A DNA stretch of 64,000 bases from Nemertoderma westbladi (lineage: Eukaryota; Animalia; Xenacoelomorpha). Both the position numbers and the translations under genes were made by a program. The notes below the pieces were generated by a model, which saw nothing but the letters and a program-made list of their open reading frames with translations, was not told the origin of the DNA and ran no database searches. Shown piece after piece: positions 1 to 9,521 of this stretch (the stretch's first letter is position 1; each line of letters begins with the position of its first letter). The stretch spans positions 1 to 64,000 of the forward strand of contig JAUCBJ010002426.1 of assembly GCA_032718475.1 (NCBI GenBank). Direction: 5' to 3'.

Positions 1-24
1 TTCCCTTCCCGAGTACTCTAAACA

Positions 25-25
<1 letters not shown>

Positions 26-93
<68 letters not shown>

Positions 94-120
94 GATCGGC
101 ATGCCGCATTACAGCTGCAT
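26..120 (-). repeat. (ACT)n tail plus ~27 bp 3' end of an RTE-like LINE (severely 5'-truncated copy)
   Basis: (act)n at 26-93 is followed by atcggcatgccgcattacagctgcat, nearly the same as atcggcatgctgcattgcagctgcat beside the (act)n tail of the LINE at ~25485-25510. Confidence 0.6.
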
Positions 121-505
121 TATATATAGTATATATTACATATATATTAAGAATGCACATATAAGATATTACAATATTAAGAACGGCTATCATTCACAAT
201 CTACATGTAAAACTAATTATTTTGTAATCCTTTTTCTCCCGATTTTGGGGTATATTCGACCGAAAAAGTATCAAGCCAGAACCTCTAAAAAAAGTCTTAT
301 CCACTCAGCTACAATGATTGGGTATTTTACATTAACTGAACCATCACGTGGATTATAATTTACTAATAATGAAGCCATTCATCATTAACCCAAAACACTT
401 ATAATACAGTAACAATACTGTATACCAGTAGGCCTACAGTATAATGATCGTTGTAGATTAGTTCAACTGTCTTCTCCTGTTGCAATATCCCCTTCTTACC
501 TCATC

Positions 506-751
506 TTACCAGATCGTCAACTTTTTAATCGCCCCATCAATTAAATCTTTCGGAATACCCCAAGTCGAAATTATATCCACGATATCCGTTATTGATTTCC
601 ATTCATATGAGAAACATTTTGTTTGAGAATCCTGCTCTCCCATGGCTTCAGCAATGTAGTCATAACCCAGCATATGGCAAATACAGATACAAAAACTGCT
701 AAAGCAGTTATGCATTCCATTTGCTTCTTTACATTGTCTAAAAGCGTCGCA
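506..751 (-). CDS. Exon 2 of secreted cysteine-rich protein, copy A
   Basis: Acceptor tcaatAG at 752-753, phase 0; CDAFRQCKEANGMHNCFSSFCICICHMLGYD...KLTIW*; paralogous exon at 24350-24631. Confidence 0.8.
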   Translation of the reverse strand, partial: CDAFRQCKEANGMHNCFSSFCICICHMLGYDYIAEAMGEQDSQTKCFSYEWKSITDIVDIISTWGIPKDLIDGAIKKLTIW

Positions 752-911
752 CTATTGAGAATTAAAAATTAATTATTGCTATTTAAATCATGATGACATG
801 CCACCACCATTTATTATAACTGTAATTAATATAAATCACCTAACTGCACTACAAACTGTAGGCTACGTCCAGGCTAGTCTCCACCCACGTTAGGTCAAGG
901 TAATCTGGCTG

Positions 912-1410
912 CAGGGCCGGATTAGGCCATATTGGGGCCCCGGACTAAGATACATTTGGGGCCCCCTTTCAGTTTTTAAGATAATAAAGAATATTTTACT
1001 ATATAAAATAATAGGCATATACAGTATATGAATATTTTATATTTTCTGTTAACTAAATATAACTGAACTGCCCCTCCGAAGAGGCCAAATTTGCTTCACG
1101 ATTTAGGCAAGTTTGGGACACTTCTTTAATCTTTTGACCCTGACCCCTTTTGTTTTTACTCTGACCAGTTAATTACTATAGCGGCTGTTGCGCTGTCACC
1201 ATAATAATATAAATATATGTTTTTAACAATTTTCAAATTCAAAACATTTCGCTGGTATGGCCCTAGCATTCGACATTCGAGGGACCGTGACACCCCCCCC
1301 CCCCCCCCCCCCCCCCCTCCACCAGTACAACCCCTGCTGCCAAAGGTCGAGGGCCCCCTCATTTGACATTAGCCTACAGTAGGGGCCCCAAAAACCTTAG
1401 TCCGGCCATG
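912..1410. mobile_element. hAT-like MITE in the intron of copy A
   Basis: Imperfect TIRs cagggccggattagg / ccttagtccggccatg; no clear TSD. Confidence 0.5.
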
Positions 1411-1573
1411 CCTCTGTAGAACAGGTTATACAACTTGAATGTGTCGACAGTCCCCCCTCGCCCCCCTATCTGGTTATCTGTAGGCCTATGTATACAGTAT
1501 ACAGTACATTACTACTGCAGTGTAGGCTTCCAAATATTAATCAATGAAGAATTTATTTCAGTTGTTTACTTAC

Positions 1574-1708
1574 AACGGACTCCCCACAGCCAACTGTTGA
1601 TCGGCAATCCATTGATGCCAAATTATTATTAGTAATTCCTTTAGCCGCTGGTACATTATGTAACAACGTTAATGATAGGAACGTTACTGTTACGTAAATC
1701 GTATTCAT
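1574..1708 (-). CDS. Exon 1 of secreted cysteine-rich protein, copy A (signal peptide)
   Basis: ATG at 1708; MNTIYVTVTFLSLTLLHNVPAAKG...MDCRSTVGCGESV followed by GTAAGT donor (1573-1568), phase 0, joins exon 2 in frame (126 aa total). Confidence 0.8.
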
Positions 1709-2293
1709 GATGTATGACAAAGACACTAAATGATAAATATTATAAATAAATATTTATGAGAAACAAAATAAAATGATTGTGAAAATGCATTACCTTATAT
1801 GTAAGTAAGTACCACCATACCAAGTACCAAATACCAAGTATGACCAATTATTTTTGAGAGCAAAAGTTCCTTAACATTATGTAGACTATAATTTCAGCAA
1901 CTGTGAAAGATTCATTTAGTGGTTCTAAATCTATAACCCAATTGTTAGTCTTACTAACTTATTATAATTAATTGCATTAATTCAACATCTTTGTAGCTCA
2001 CTCCTTTATTAAAGTCAAGATGGCCAATTATTTTTGAAGGTTGAAGTTCTATGGGATGAGATTTAAGCCCAAAATAGCGGGAAAATGATCGCTGTATTGA
2101 TTTTAAATCAATCACATCAATTATTTTCCTCATTCAACCAAAACACGCCTTCAACGCAAAGCGTTTGCAATTTTGTTTCGAGATTTTTATACATAAGGGT
2201 CAATTCCACTGATGTGGACTCACTTTTAGAGGCGATTTTTGGTATAGGTCTACATCAGGGGGATATAATAAAGGCTACTATAAAATAGCAGAT

Positions 2294-3474
2294 TGTTCGC
2301 GCTTTTAGACCTTTAGCAGTTTAACCTGCCAAATTTAGGTGTCTTCTAGGTTATAAATCGACTTTAGCCTATAACAAGTATTTGATACACATAAAGTTAC
2401 ATTAGCCGAAGCCAGCCTATGCGCGATCATTCACCCACGGTTAAGGGAGACTGGATTCGGATGCTCTGACCTTATTGCGGTGTAGGCTTACTGTACTATT
2501 CGATTGATCGTTAATATATAATCTCTGACAAATATTATTCACTTTCGGGAAATATTAACAGTTCCTTTAGGACGTGGCGCTCTAAGTATGTAAACAGAGT
2601 TATGACTTACACTAAACACAACGGGATGGCTATTGATTTACGTATAAGGCGCATTCTTTAGGAAATGCTTTGTTATCTGTCACACTCATACACACTACCG
2701 CACACTGCTGCACACTGATCTGCCGACCTTCACTAAATTTGATCATATATAAGGAGAACAGCAACTGACACATGTAGGGTCTATGAAATAGCATTCAATT
2801 CACTCCAAAACCACTATAATGTAAGTCGCAATTGCTATCTGTAACCGGTCTCTCTAACCTTCCGTATATCAAGAAGATTGGGGTTTTATGATTATTTGTC
2901 GATATTCTCCAAATATAACAACATATTCATCAACTGATAACAATTAATAACCGACAGTAAATAGCAGTAAAATAATGCGGTGAAAGGTATGTATAGTATG
3001 ATATGATAGGTATGACAATATGGTTTGATAACAGTTATACGTTTCTATAATCAAAGCCGTTCTAATGTTTGGCTAAAGTCTGAAACACAGAATAATTCCA
3101 CAGCCGATGTTCTGGGCTCAGGAAAAAAGGTAAACAAAGACCATAATGCATTGCGCGATTTCCCGGAGGCTTCTGTGCAAATAAAATGAAAATCGCTCTG
3201 ATTGGTCGAGCCGAACAAAGAACAAAGAAAAGCTCCACGTGGACATATCAGCTGATAGATGTCGTCATCTGAACTACACTGTATTAAGAGTATTTTGGCG
3301 TATTGCGGCATAAAAATGGCTTGTTATGTCCGCTAAAGTACACATACAGAAAAATGGCTTTTTATGTTCACTAAAACACCTACACAGTAAGAAAACGGCT
3401 TTTTATGTCCGCTAAAACACCTACAGAGTACTTTGCGGGGAAAATGACTAGCTAGATCCGCAAAAGCCTTTACA
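2294..3474 (-). repeat. E1 3' LTR
   Basis: Direct repeat of 19444-20624 with about 7 substitutions by eye; TG/CA ends; three ~40-bp sub-repeats at ~3312-3430. Confidence 0.95.
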
Positions 3475-3482
3475 CCGCTCCC
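3475..3482 (-). other. E1 polypurine tract (GGGAGCGG)
   Basis: Directly abuts the 3' LTR on the minus strand; the same motif precedes the E2 3' LTR (45466-45473). Confidence 0.75.
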
Positions 3483-3552
3483 AGAAAATGGGATTTAATT
3501 CTATAAAATATAAAAAATCACAGTTTCTAAAATATAAAAATACTCTAAACAG

Positions 3553-6500
3553 TTAGTCTTTCTTGCGAGGACGGCGTTTACGCAGTTTTTTAAGGCTAGC
3601 AAGAGTCCTTTTCTCTTTGGGGCGAGCCACTTTACTAGGAGGGCTATAACTCCTGGGTGAAGGGTGCAATACAATTGCATCAGAAGGTTTGGGATTACGG
3701 TCGGTGTATCCGCCGGTCGAGGTACCTGGTTGATCGATATCAACCTCAGTGGAGCGAGGTCTAACGGCCTTTAGAGCGCGTTTTAGGACAGCAGCTCCTA
3801 CTGGTCCCTGACGAGTCGTCTGAACGATAGCGGTAGGTGGACCGTGAGTAGTGAGAAACTTCCTCGGTTTAATGGTTCTTTCCAACTCGCGTTCTCGGGC
3901 TCGATATTCGTATGGCCGTCGATGTACTTCCTGTAACTCTGGATGCGAGTTGATAAACAAATCGCCATACTCCGGGTCTTGACGGATGAAGTTGATCAAG
4001 TTGTATGAATTAATATCGTTAGGATTGATGTTCCTGAGATATTTACGAACAAATTTGGTGGAAATACACTCACCAACACGCTTCATTAGTTCGTAACTCG
4101 GTGTGCGTGATTTTTGTTCAACAGACGCGAATAGATAAGGATGGAACGCATAAACTCCTTCGTAGGCGCGTCCAGGGTAATAGCGATGGCGTGACTCACA
4201 GTGTAAATCCGCATTCGCTTCCCAAGCTCGGATGTAGCGCAGGGTAATCATTTCATCTACGCTTTCCAGATCGCGGTTAAAAGGGCAATCAAAACTGGCA
4301 TGTCCTTTAAGTTGACAATGATGGCATTGAGTCATAAATTGGGGGCAGACTGCGAAAATGTGCAAGTTATTGAGTCTGCAATACGCACAATAGATCTCCA
4401 TCGCCGGTTGTTCGTGGAAATAGGAGCAGGGTACGTCTGAGTCCATGGGGGTGAGATGATCTCTCGATGCGCATAATCGGCAACGTTTTCGAGAAACATA
4501 GTTGGCGTGCCGATAATCGTATGCGGTGAGACATTGTGGACCTTGATACCATTCTAAGACGTAGTCGTTGTCGCTGCTCCGGGGCGCTGTAGGCTGAATC
4601 TCCTCAGATTCTAAGCATATTGGTTCGTCTTCCAATTGCATAGCTGAGGTAGGTGCGGCTGTCTCCTCAAGCGAACCCACTGTCTGAACTTCCACGATAG
4701 AATAACCCGTGGGTATTCGAGGTCTTTGTATAACAGATGAATGTAAGTTCTGTATACAAACGTCCTTGAAAATGGCGAATCCAGCGCTGTCTAACTTCTC
4801 AGCAGCTGAGTCTCTTAGGCTGAGCTTGGTCAGAGCGCGGTCCTTGAACTGACTATCAACGTTACGGAACGGAGTCAGAAAGCGCCTGAAACATTCGAAG
4901 CGGATGAATTTATTGTGTTCATCTAGCTTGGCGAGTTTGGTTCCAAGTATTAAGGGATGGGCGCGTATAGTACGACTGCACACATCGGCTAGCCAACCGG
5001 CAAGTGCGGCGTTTTCAAAGATCGTGTATATAGCTAAGGAGGGACGAAGTGGAACACTCATAAAGCTATACACGACGCCAGGTGCGGTCAATGGTCCGTC
5101 AAAGTATAATCGAGAATAATGATCTCCATATACTTGTTGGTAGTTGATAGGATTTCCAACCTTGAAATTCCATCCGTATTCTTGAAAGGCAAGATGTCCG
5201 ATGGAGGTTCGTTGTACTTTAGTAATGCCGCTGGGTGTATTGGCATACATAGTGCGGAAGAAACCTCGGCCTTCTGCCCAGGGAGCAATCAGCTGAGTAT
5301 CTACGAAAGGATATGGGATATTCTCCATGTTCCTAAAGTCGTTTTGGAGATCTCCATAAACAGCTGAGCCGATTTTAAGGATTCTTTCGTTAAACAACAT
5401 CTCGAGCACGGGCTGGGGTAACATTGATCCATCGATACCCATGGCCGGTTTGCGCTCGGTGTCAGTGACGTAACGCTGCGCGAGTTCGAATTGTCCATGT
5501 CGGAGTTTCTTTTGTATCTCGGTGAGGGTCTCAAAAGAATAATCAATCACATCGGAACACGCTCGAGTAAATACGTGGGTAGAACCAGCTAGTCCTCGTA
5601 TATGTATCATGCGCGTAGTTCCCAGTTCTCCAACCGGAACGCTACCTTCGTTATCGTAAGTGACAACTCCATACATCTCGATAACGTTAAGAGTTTCGTT
5701 CCACTCTTTAGTGGCGTTTTCTAGAGTCATTCCCACTGGATGCCACAAGGTGGCGCATTCGCTAGCATTAGGTAGATCTCTATACTTCAAATACTGTGTA
5801 GTATATGTTTCTACATCTCCATATCGTTGTATTCTTTCCTCCTCGAATAACACGTCGAGATTCCAGTGGACTAATCGAGTTTTGATAAATCCATCGAGAT
5901 TATACGGAGGTATTGTATCTTTCTCTATTCTGGAAACATTATAGGGTTTTCGGAATGAGTTTACTTTCACTAACTGATCCAGATGTTTCTGCAGTTGTTC
6001 GAGTTCGACAAGATCGAGAGGATTTATTAGTGGTAGAAACCTTAGACTATGTGTAGGATCTTCCGGTTTTACCATGTAATATTGAGTTAGATTGACATAA
6101 TAAGGGTGATCTTTGATCCCATAAAACGAGTTCGGTAAAGGTCTAGCGCGTATGTTGACCTCGTGTACCATACGACGGACAAGATCCGCTCTATTGTCCG
6201 GAGGTTCAACGAGTATACCGTCGACACGAGCGGCCTCGATTGGCGGACGTTGCAACATAGGAGCGTCAGCGATAAGATCCCGAGATCTTAGGTTGATATC
6301 AACCGGTTGAGGTTGTGCCGTGGCGAAGAGTTTGTCTCCGAAATGGGGAACCATCGAAGGATGAATGATGGTTTTAGAATAGAGATCAGTCATAAGGATT
6401 TGAGCTTCTGGCTGGGCTAAAGCTGCTTCTTCTCTCTCATCCATTTCTATGTGTTTCTCCTCGAGCTGATTTTCCTCCGCTTGTTGTTGTAAACGCTCGT

Positions 6501-7806
6501 CTAGGAACTCTTGTAGAGAATAGGTTCGTCCACGTTCGATGTCTTCCTCGAGGTTCTGGATTTCTCGATCGAACTGGGGTAAAGCTAATTCTTTCACCGC
6601 TTGGACTTGTTGCTGCAATTTGCGTTTCTCTAAACAATCGTAAGTTCCTTTTCCGATCTTCTGCCGAATAGCGTCTAACGCGTTTCGTACAACGCTCTCC
6701 TCGACTTCGGTGACGGGTTGTATCGGGGTTAAACCGGGACGATTGTACGGGTTGAACGGCGATATTAGATGCCCGCGTCCCAATCCGGCTAGGTAGGAAG
6801 GGCGAATATCTAGCGAGCCCACTACCGGAGTGCCACCGATTAATTGTTCGGGTAACACAAGATCTTTAAATAGTGAGTACAGTTCAGGGGGATCCGTTAT
6901 ACTATTAGGATCAAGCGTTTGAGGTCTCACTAAGAAATGAGGAGGTCTGACCGAGTATTCCGGAACTCTGATCATGGGTTTATTTAAGGATCGTTTGAGT
7001 CGAGCGAGCGTAGGTGATACGTCGAACAGGTTTCGCTCGAAACTTCCATAAGTATATCGTGTAAAACTGTGTTTAGCGCAACGTCTCCGCGGATGTTTAT
7101 GTCTTTCCGTTTGCTGATTGGGTCTAGGGCATTCATCGCAGTAATACCAAAGACGCACGTCCTGCAGGGGAAACGCGGGTGATCGTTCTCCAGTTTTACA
7201 ATATTCCTCCATCTGTTCGAAGCTATCTGGGACGACAGGTAGCGGTCGATCGGCGGTAAGATACATCATAGTGAAATAGAGCCGTTTGAGTTCTATCATA
7301 GGGTCATGATGTATACCTTGAGGATATCGAGTTTCTAGATTTTGTTGACTGGCAATATTGAGATATGTTTCTCTCAAGAATTCCAGATAATCGTTGAAGT
7401 CGCTGCGTTTATCCGGCTCTTCAACGTCTTCTCTTTCGAGTCGGTTCCGAATAGAATTCTCGTGTTCTATTCTCGGTTTATCGTTCCGACTCCGCTGGGT
7501 ATGATATTTAAATAAAACCATTTCCCTTTCGGTGTCTATATCGTCCGTATCGTGTAAATCGATAGGATGGCCAGTAGTTAAGAAGTCCATATACGTACCA
7601 TTACGATGCGTATAGCGAGCGGTGAATTTTCTATAGTCCAATTCACGCGTAAGTTGCTCCTGGGACATTGGCGGTTCGATATAACGACCATCGTCCTCCG
7701 TAGTAGTTGGACTAGCGTCGCCGCGTATTAAGCTATCAACAAACGCTTGTAAAGGTAGAGTATATCGCTCCCTGATACCAAGATCATCTTCTATCAACTC
7801 AGTCAT
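3553..7806 (-). CDS. E1 accessory ORF X, 1417 aa: DEDDy 3'-5' exonuclease-like domain, 3 CCHC zinc knuckles, basic C-terminal tail
   Basis: Open ORF. ExoI VVTYDNEG; LPQPVLEMLFNERILKIGSAVYGD (ExoII); FVDTQLIA; GPLTAPGVVYSFMS (ExoIII-like). Knuckles CRLC..H..C, CAYC..H..C, CHHC..GH..C; ends KKLRKRRPRKKD. Homologous remnants in E2. Confidence 0.8.
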   Translation of the reverse strand: MTELIEDDLGIRERYTLPLQAFVDSLIRGDASPTTTEDDGRYIEPPMSQEQLTRELDYRKFTARYTHRNGTYMDFLTTGHPIDLHDTDDIDTEREMVLFKYHTQRSRNDKPRIEHENSIRNRLEREDVEEPDKRSDFNDYLEFLRETYLNIASQQNLETRYPQGIHHDPMIELKRLYFTMMYLTADRPLPVVPDSFEQMEEYCKTGERSPAFPLQDVRLWYYCDECPRPNQQTERHKHPRRRCAKHSFTRYTYGSFERNLFDVSPTLARLKRSLNKPMIRVPEYSVRPPHFLVRPQTLDPNSITDPPELYSLFKDLVLPEQLIGGTPVVGSLDIRPSYLAGLGRGHLISPFNPYNRPGLTPIQPVTEVEESVVRNALDAIRQKIGKGTYDCLEKRKLQQQVQAVKELALPQFDREIQNLEEDIERGRTYSLQEFLDERLQQQAEENQLEEKHIEMDEREEAALAQPEAQILMTDLYSKTIIHPSMVPHFGDKLFATAQPQPVDINLRSRDLIADAPMLQRPPIEAARVDGILVEPPDNRADLVRRMVHEVNIRARPLPNSFYGIKDHPYYVNLTQYYMVKPEDPTHSLRFLPLINPLDLVELEQLQKHLDQLVKVNSFRKPYNVSRIEKDTIPPYNLDGFIKTRLVHWNLDVLFEEERIQRYGDVETYTTQYLKYRDLPNASECATLWHPVGMTLENATKEWNETLNVIEMYGVVTYDNEGSVPVGELGTTRMIHIRGLAGSTHVFTRACSDVIDYSFETLTEIQKKLRHGQFELAQRYVTDTERKPAMGIDGSMLPQPVLEMLFNERILKIGSAVYGDLQNDFRNMENIPYPFVDTQLIAPWAEGRGFFRTMYANTPSGITKVQRTSIGHLAFQEYGWNFKVGNPINYQQVYGDHYSRLYFDGPLTAPGVVYSFMSVPLRPSLAIYTIFENAALAGWLADVCSRTIRAHPLILGTKLAKLDEHNKFIRFECFRRFLTPFRNVDSQFKDRALTKLSLRDSAAEKLDSAGFAIFKDVCIQNLHSSVIQRPRIPTGYSIVEVQTVGSLEETAAPTSAMQLEDEPICLESEEIQPTAPRSSDNDYVLEWYQGPQCLTAYDYRHANYVSRKRCRLCASRDHLTPMDSDVPCSYFHEQPAMEIYCAYCRLNNLHIFAVCPQFMTQCHHCQLKGHASFDCPFNRDLESVDEMITLRYIRAWEANADLHCESRHRYYPGRAYEGVYAFHPYLFASVEQKSRTPSYELMKRVGECISTKFVRKYLRNINPNDINSYNLINFIRQDPEYGDLFINSHPELQEVHRRPYEYRARERELERTIKPRKFLTTHGPPTAIVQTTRQGPVGAAVLKRALKAVRPRSTEVDIDQPGTSTGGYTDRNPKPSDAIVLHPSPRSYSPPSKVARPKEKRTLASLKKLRKRRPRKKD

Positions 7807-7886
7807 AGCTGCTATATGAGTTTATCAATATTATAATGAGTTTATAATTAGGCCAGCGGGCGTCGCTGCCTACCCCTCTCGGCCCC

Positions 7887-7995
7887 CGGACAGTGCAAGA
7901 TCCTCAGCGCCGATGTACCGTCGTCGCTGTGTTTTTCGCCAACGTAGTAGCTACACAACGACAACGATAACCGGCACAAGTCACTCCACTGTCCG
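7887..7995 (-). promoter_or_regulatory. Conserved structured RNA element upstream of ORF X
   Basis: Closing stem CGGACAGTG/CACTGTCCG and inner stem GTCGTTGTGT/ACACAGCGAC; retained in E2 (43762-43866). Confidence 0.5.
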
Positions 7996-9521
7996 TCCCA
8001 AAGGCTTAGATTTACTTCAGGTTCTTACTGCAGAGTTAGGGCTACTTTCACAATTGCGACTCGCTACTGTAAACACACTTTAGTAGTAACATTCACCTAT
8101 AAACGCACAAATTCCACACAACTGTCACAAATTGTACACATTCGGGCCATTTGGCCATTAGTCAAGTGCCTTCCAGAATGCCACGTTATTATTATGTATC
8201 CTTGGATACTAGCAGTGTGCTATTTATTCCTTATGCTATTCATTGGGGCAAGCTTTCTATTGTTCTTTTAACTCACTTCTAATTCTAGCGTGGTTGTTGC
8301 TATGGTGACATTATGGAAAGCTAGTGGTAGAATTAGGGTAACTCCCATGCATACAGATCTGGGATGCTATTTAATAGTAATTATTTAATTGTCAATATCC
8401 CCTTTATACATGATTTAATAAATTTTAACGGCTATTGACTATATATTGGAGATTCTCGCACACTAATACACTTAATAGGGTGAATCTCTGCTCCCATGAT
8501 CTATTAATTAATGGAATTTTGGGAATGTTATAAATTGTATAAAAATGACAATTTATCAAATTCATTAAAGGAGATGAATTTAAATTTATTCCCGTAAATT
8601 TTATTATTTAATATTAAAATAGACACAATTTTATTCCAGAACATGTCTGGGGACTAGGATCCTTAATTCTAGGAAATTTGTCCTTTTAAGAGTATCGGTA
8701 AGTGCTACGATATCTTAATATACTTTTTTTATTTGATTTTAGAGGATCTAAAATTTTACAGATTTTAATTTATAGATTTTCTAGAGTTAACTTGTAAGTA
8801 GTTACTCTATTGTATCTGTTTGACAGATTTTACAAATATTAATAGTTAATATTTAAGATGGGCACCAATTTATTCCAGAACTTGTCTGGGGACGTTAACC
8901 ACTGATTCTAGAATTTTGTCTTTCAAGTATATCGGTGGGTGCCGCGATATCTTAATCGACTAGAATTACAGATGGTCAAAGGGTTTAACAGATTTATTTG
9001 CGTTGTACGCTACTGTTAAAGGGACATCACGCTACTATATGTATTATTTAATATAGGGTATGAGAGCAATATCGCAAGAAGCAATGTCAGTGAGAAGAGG
9101 CAAGTCGTTTCCAAGGTCTACCCAGAGCTTGGTTTAGCCGAGACACGAGGATCTGAATTTTGCATTCCTAATACTCTACTTACCAATATTACTTGAATAT
9201 AGTAGGAGCTTTATTGTACTTTAATAAGTACGGATATTTCATCTTACTGTAGTCACGTATTTATAATGTAATACGGACAGTAAGGAAAGAGAACAAGAAT
9301 TATTTCTCGCCGTCGCACTAAATATATAATATATAAGTAATTAAGTAATAAACGCGTATATATATATGGCACTAATCTACTAAATAATCGCTAAAATAAC
9401 ATTCTACTAAATAAAATTAAAGAAAACGATTATAATAAAATTACATAATAATACATACATAAATATAAAATAATAAGAACAAATATAAAATAATATAGTC
9501 ACACACCCACTCCAGACGCTG

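Noticed and set aside
506-751. CHH/ITP neuropeptide or phospholipase A2 identity for the Cys-rich protein
   Set aside because: Only a short NCFSS resemblance; cysteine spacing does not fit CHH and there is no CCxxHD motif
3051-3311. 86-aa ORF repeated at 20201-20461
   Set aside because: It repeats only because it lies in the LTR; no equivalent ORF is listed in the related E2 LTR
3553-7806. ORF X as an envelope gene
   Set aside because: No signal peptide, transmembrane helix or fusogen-like Cys pattern; it has nuclease-like and CCHC motifs instead
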